A DNA stretch of 64,000 bases from positions 46,831,402-46,895,401 of the forward strand of contig NC_057728.1 in assembly GCF_004010195.1 (NCBI RefSeq), written 5' to 3'. Below the pieces are notes generated by a model that worked only from the letters and a program-made list of their open reading frames with translations, made no database searches and was not told the DNA's origin. Positions 62,586 through 64,000 of this stretch are shown here, piece after piece. Every line of letters begins with the position of its first letter. Positions within the stretch are counted from its first letter, which is position 1. The DNA comes from Chiloscyllium plagiosum (Eukaryota). Made by a program: the position numbers and the translations under genes.

Positions 62586-64000
62586 TTTATATATTTCTAG
62601 AAATTAATGATGGTTGAAGGATTGTCATCCTTTTTAAAAGCAAGTTATCTAGCACTCATTATAAGTGCTGCTCACATTACTGTCTGTTCACAATAGTGGG
62701 AAAGCCTAGTTGCAGACGAGGGGTGCATACAAATGGAGATTCAATGGGAAGCAAGTTGCTGATTTGTCTGAGGTATGGTAGCCAGTTATCAATGGCAAAA
62801 GTCTTTGGCCAGCCAGCAACTTTGCGATTGGCTCCTAGATAGCCTTATGTGCATGTATGTTTGAGGTAGAAGCCATCAGATCCCTGAGAGAAAAGGGACT
62901 GAGCTTTTTCCCCACCATGACAACCACCTCAAGCCTGAAAAAAAGCCAGTTTCTTTCCCCTTCACAGTTGCTGTAAAGTATGGCTCTTCACCAAGCAATC
63001 AGAGACTTTATAAATGTGAAATCATCCACCTGTTCCTACTGTAAGCAAGTGAAATGGAAGATCGAAGAGCAACAAGAGCTTAGATTCCAAAGTGTCACCT
63101 CAGAGAAAGCTGTAGACAGGGACAAATGGTAGTGTCTTCCCAGTCTTTCCCTCTGCCCAGAGCACCCATGGTGTTTTTCTTGTCTGCACCTGTTTGCATG
63201 TGTCCATAGAAGAAATTTATAGCAACATCAGAGTCTTAATTTAAACATTTATAAGTTGAAGGTTCGTAATTATTTGTCTGTGGTTAGAATCTATTGATTT
63301 GTAAGAAATAATTATTCTCATAAAGTAAAGAAACCTGGTCTCTGCTTTCTCTTTAGCTGGTTCTAAAGCACAGCTAAATTTGGGAATTATTCATATTTAA
63401 AATCGTTAACTTCTGCAACAATCCAGGAATAGCAAGGTTTGTTCTTCAGCATGCTACCCCAGTGGAGTGAAACTTAGCAAAAAATTAAATGCTCTAACTA
63501 GAACAGCCAAAAGGGCTGGCAGCATTTAAAATATGAGGAATTATAAAACATGAAACCACAGTAAACAAATCCTGCAACTTATAACTGAAATTAAGGTTAT
63601 TTTCATAAGATTATTGTCTCCTTTATGCCTTATCAGATGAAATATTTATTAACTGCAAAGCACAACCTCTTGTATGTACTTCCCAAAGGCAAAATAACTT
63701 TAAGTGTGAGAATCAGATTCCTAAATTACATTATTTTAGCCAATCCAACATACTGTCAAAGAAATAATTTATTTTGCATGACAAAAAAAAGAGAGCACAG
63801 GGAATAAAAACATTGGAAAATTGTAAATGAGTATAAGTTGGTTTTGAAACCCTCTTTTTTTGTGCGATTTAGTGAAATGAACACCTGAAAAGTGGAACAG
63901 AGAGTACAATGATTTCAAGCTGAATTTAGATACAGCGAGCTCCAGTGACTATAAGCCAGCTGCAATGAAGTGCTAAAGATTTGACCTTTTCATGTTTGGT

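Overview
Repeat-rich vertebrate DNA, most likely from a shark. This is an inference from HE1-type V-SINEs, DeuSINEs and the CR1 subfamilies, all recognised from memory without a database search. Much of the window is transposon-derived: many CR1 LINE fragments, a near-complete decayed Rex1/Babar LINE, an L1/Tx1 3' fragment, PIF/Harbinger remnants, two solo LTRs with 5-bp target-site duplications (TSDs), and many Penelope-like-element (PLE) derivatives. The PLE derivatives carry minimal hammerhead-ribozyme motifs, fold-back inversions and 8-15 bp TSDs. The unique DNA holds short splice-site-bounded minus-strand segments. Three of them form a phase-consistent chain (46214-46255, 45985-46078, 43392-43558) of a protein I cannot name, and the gene may be partly decayed. 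There are also AT-rich blocks dense in homeobox motifs that resemble conserved non-coding elements. Nearly all listed ORFs are transposon fragments or chance ORFs. I found no CRISPR array, rRNA gene or true tRNA gene. Boundaries of old repeats are approximate.
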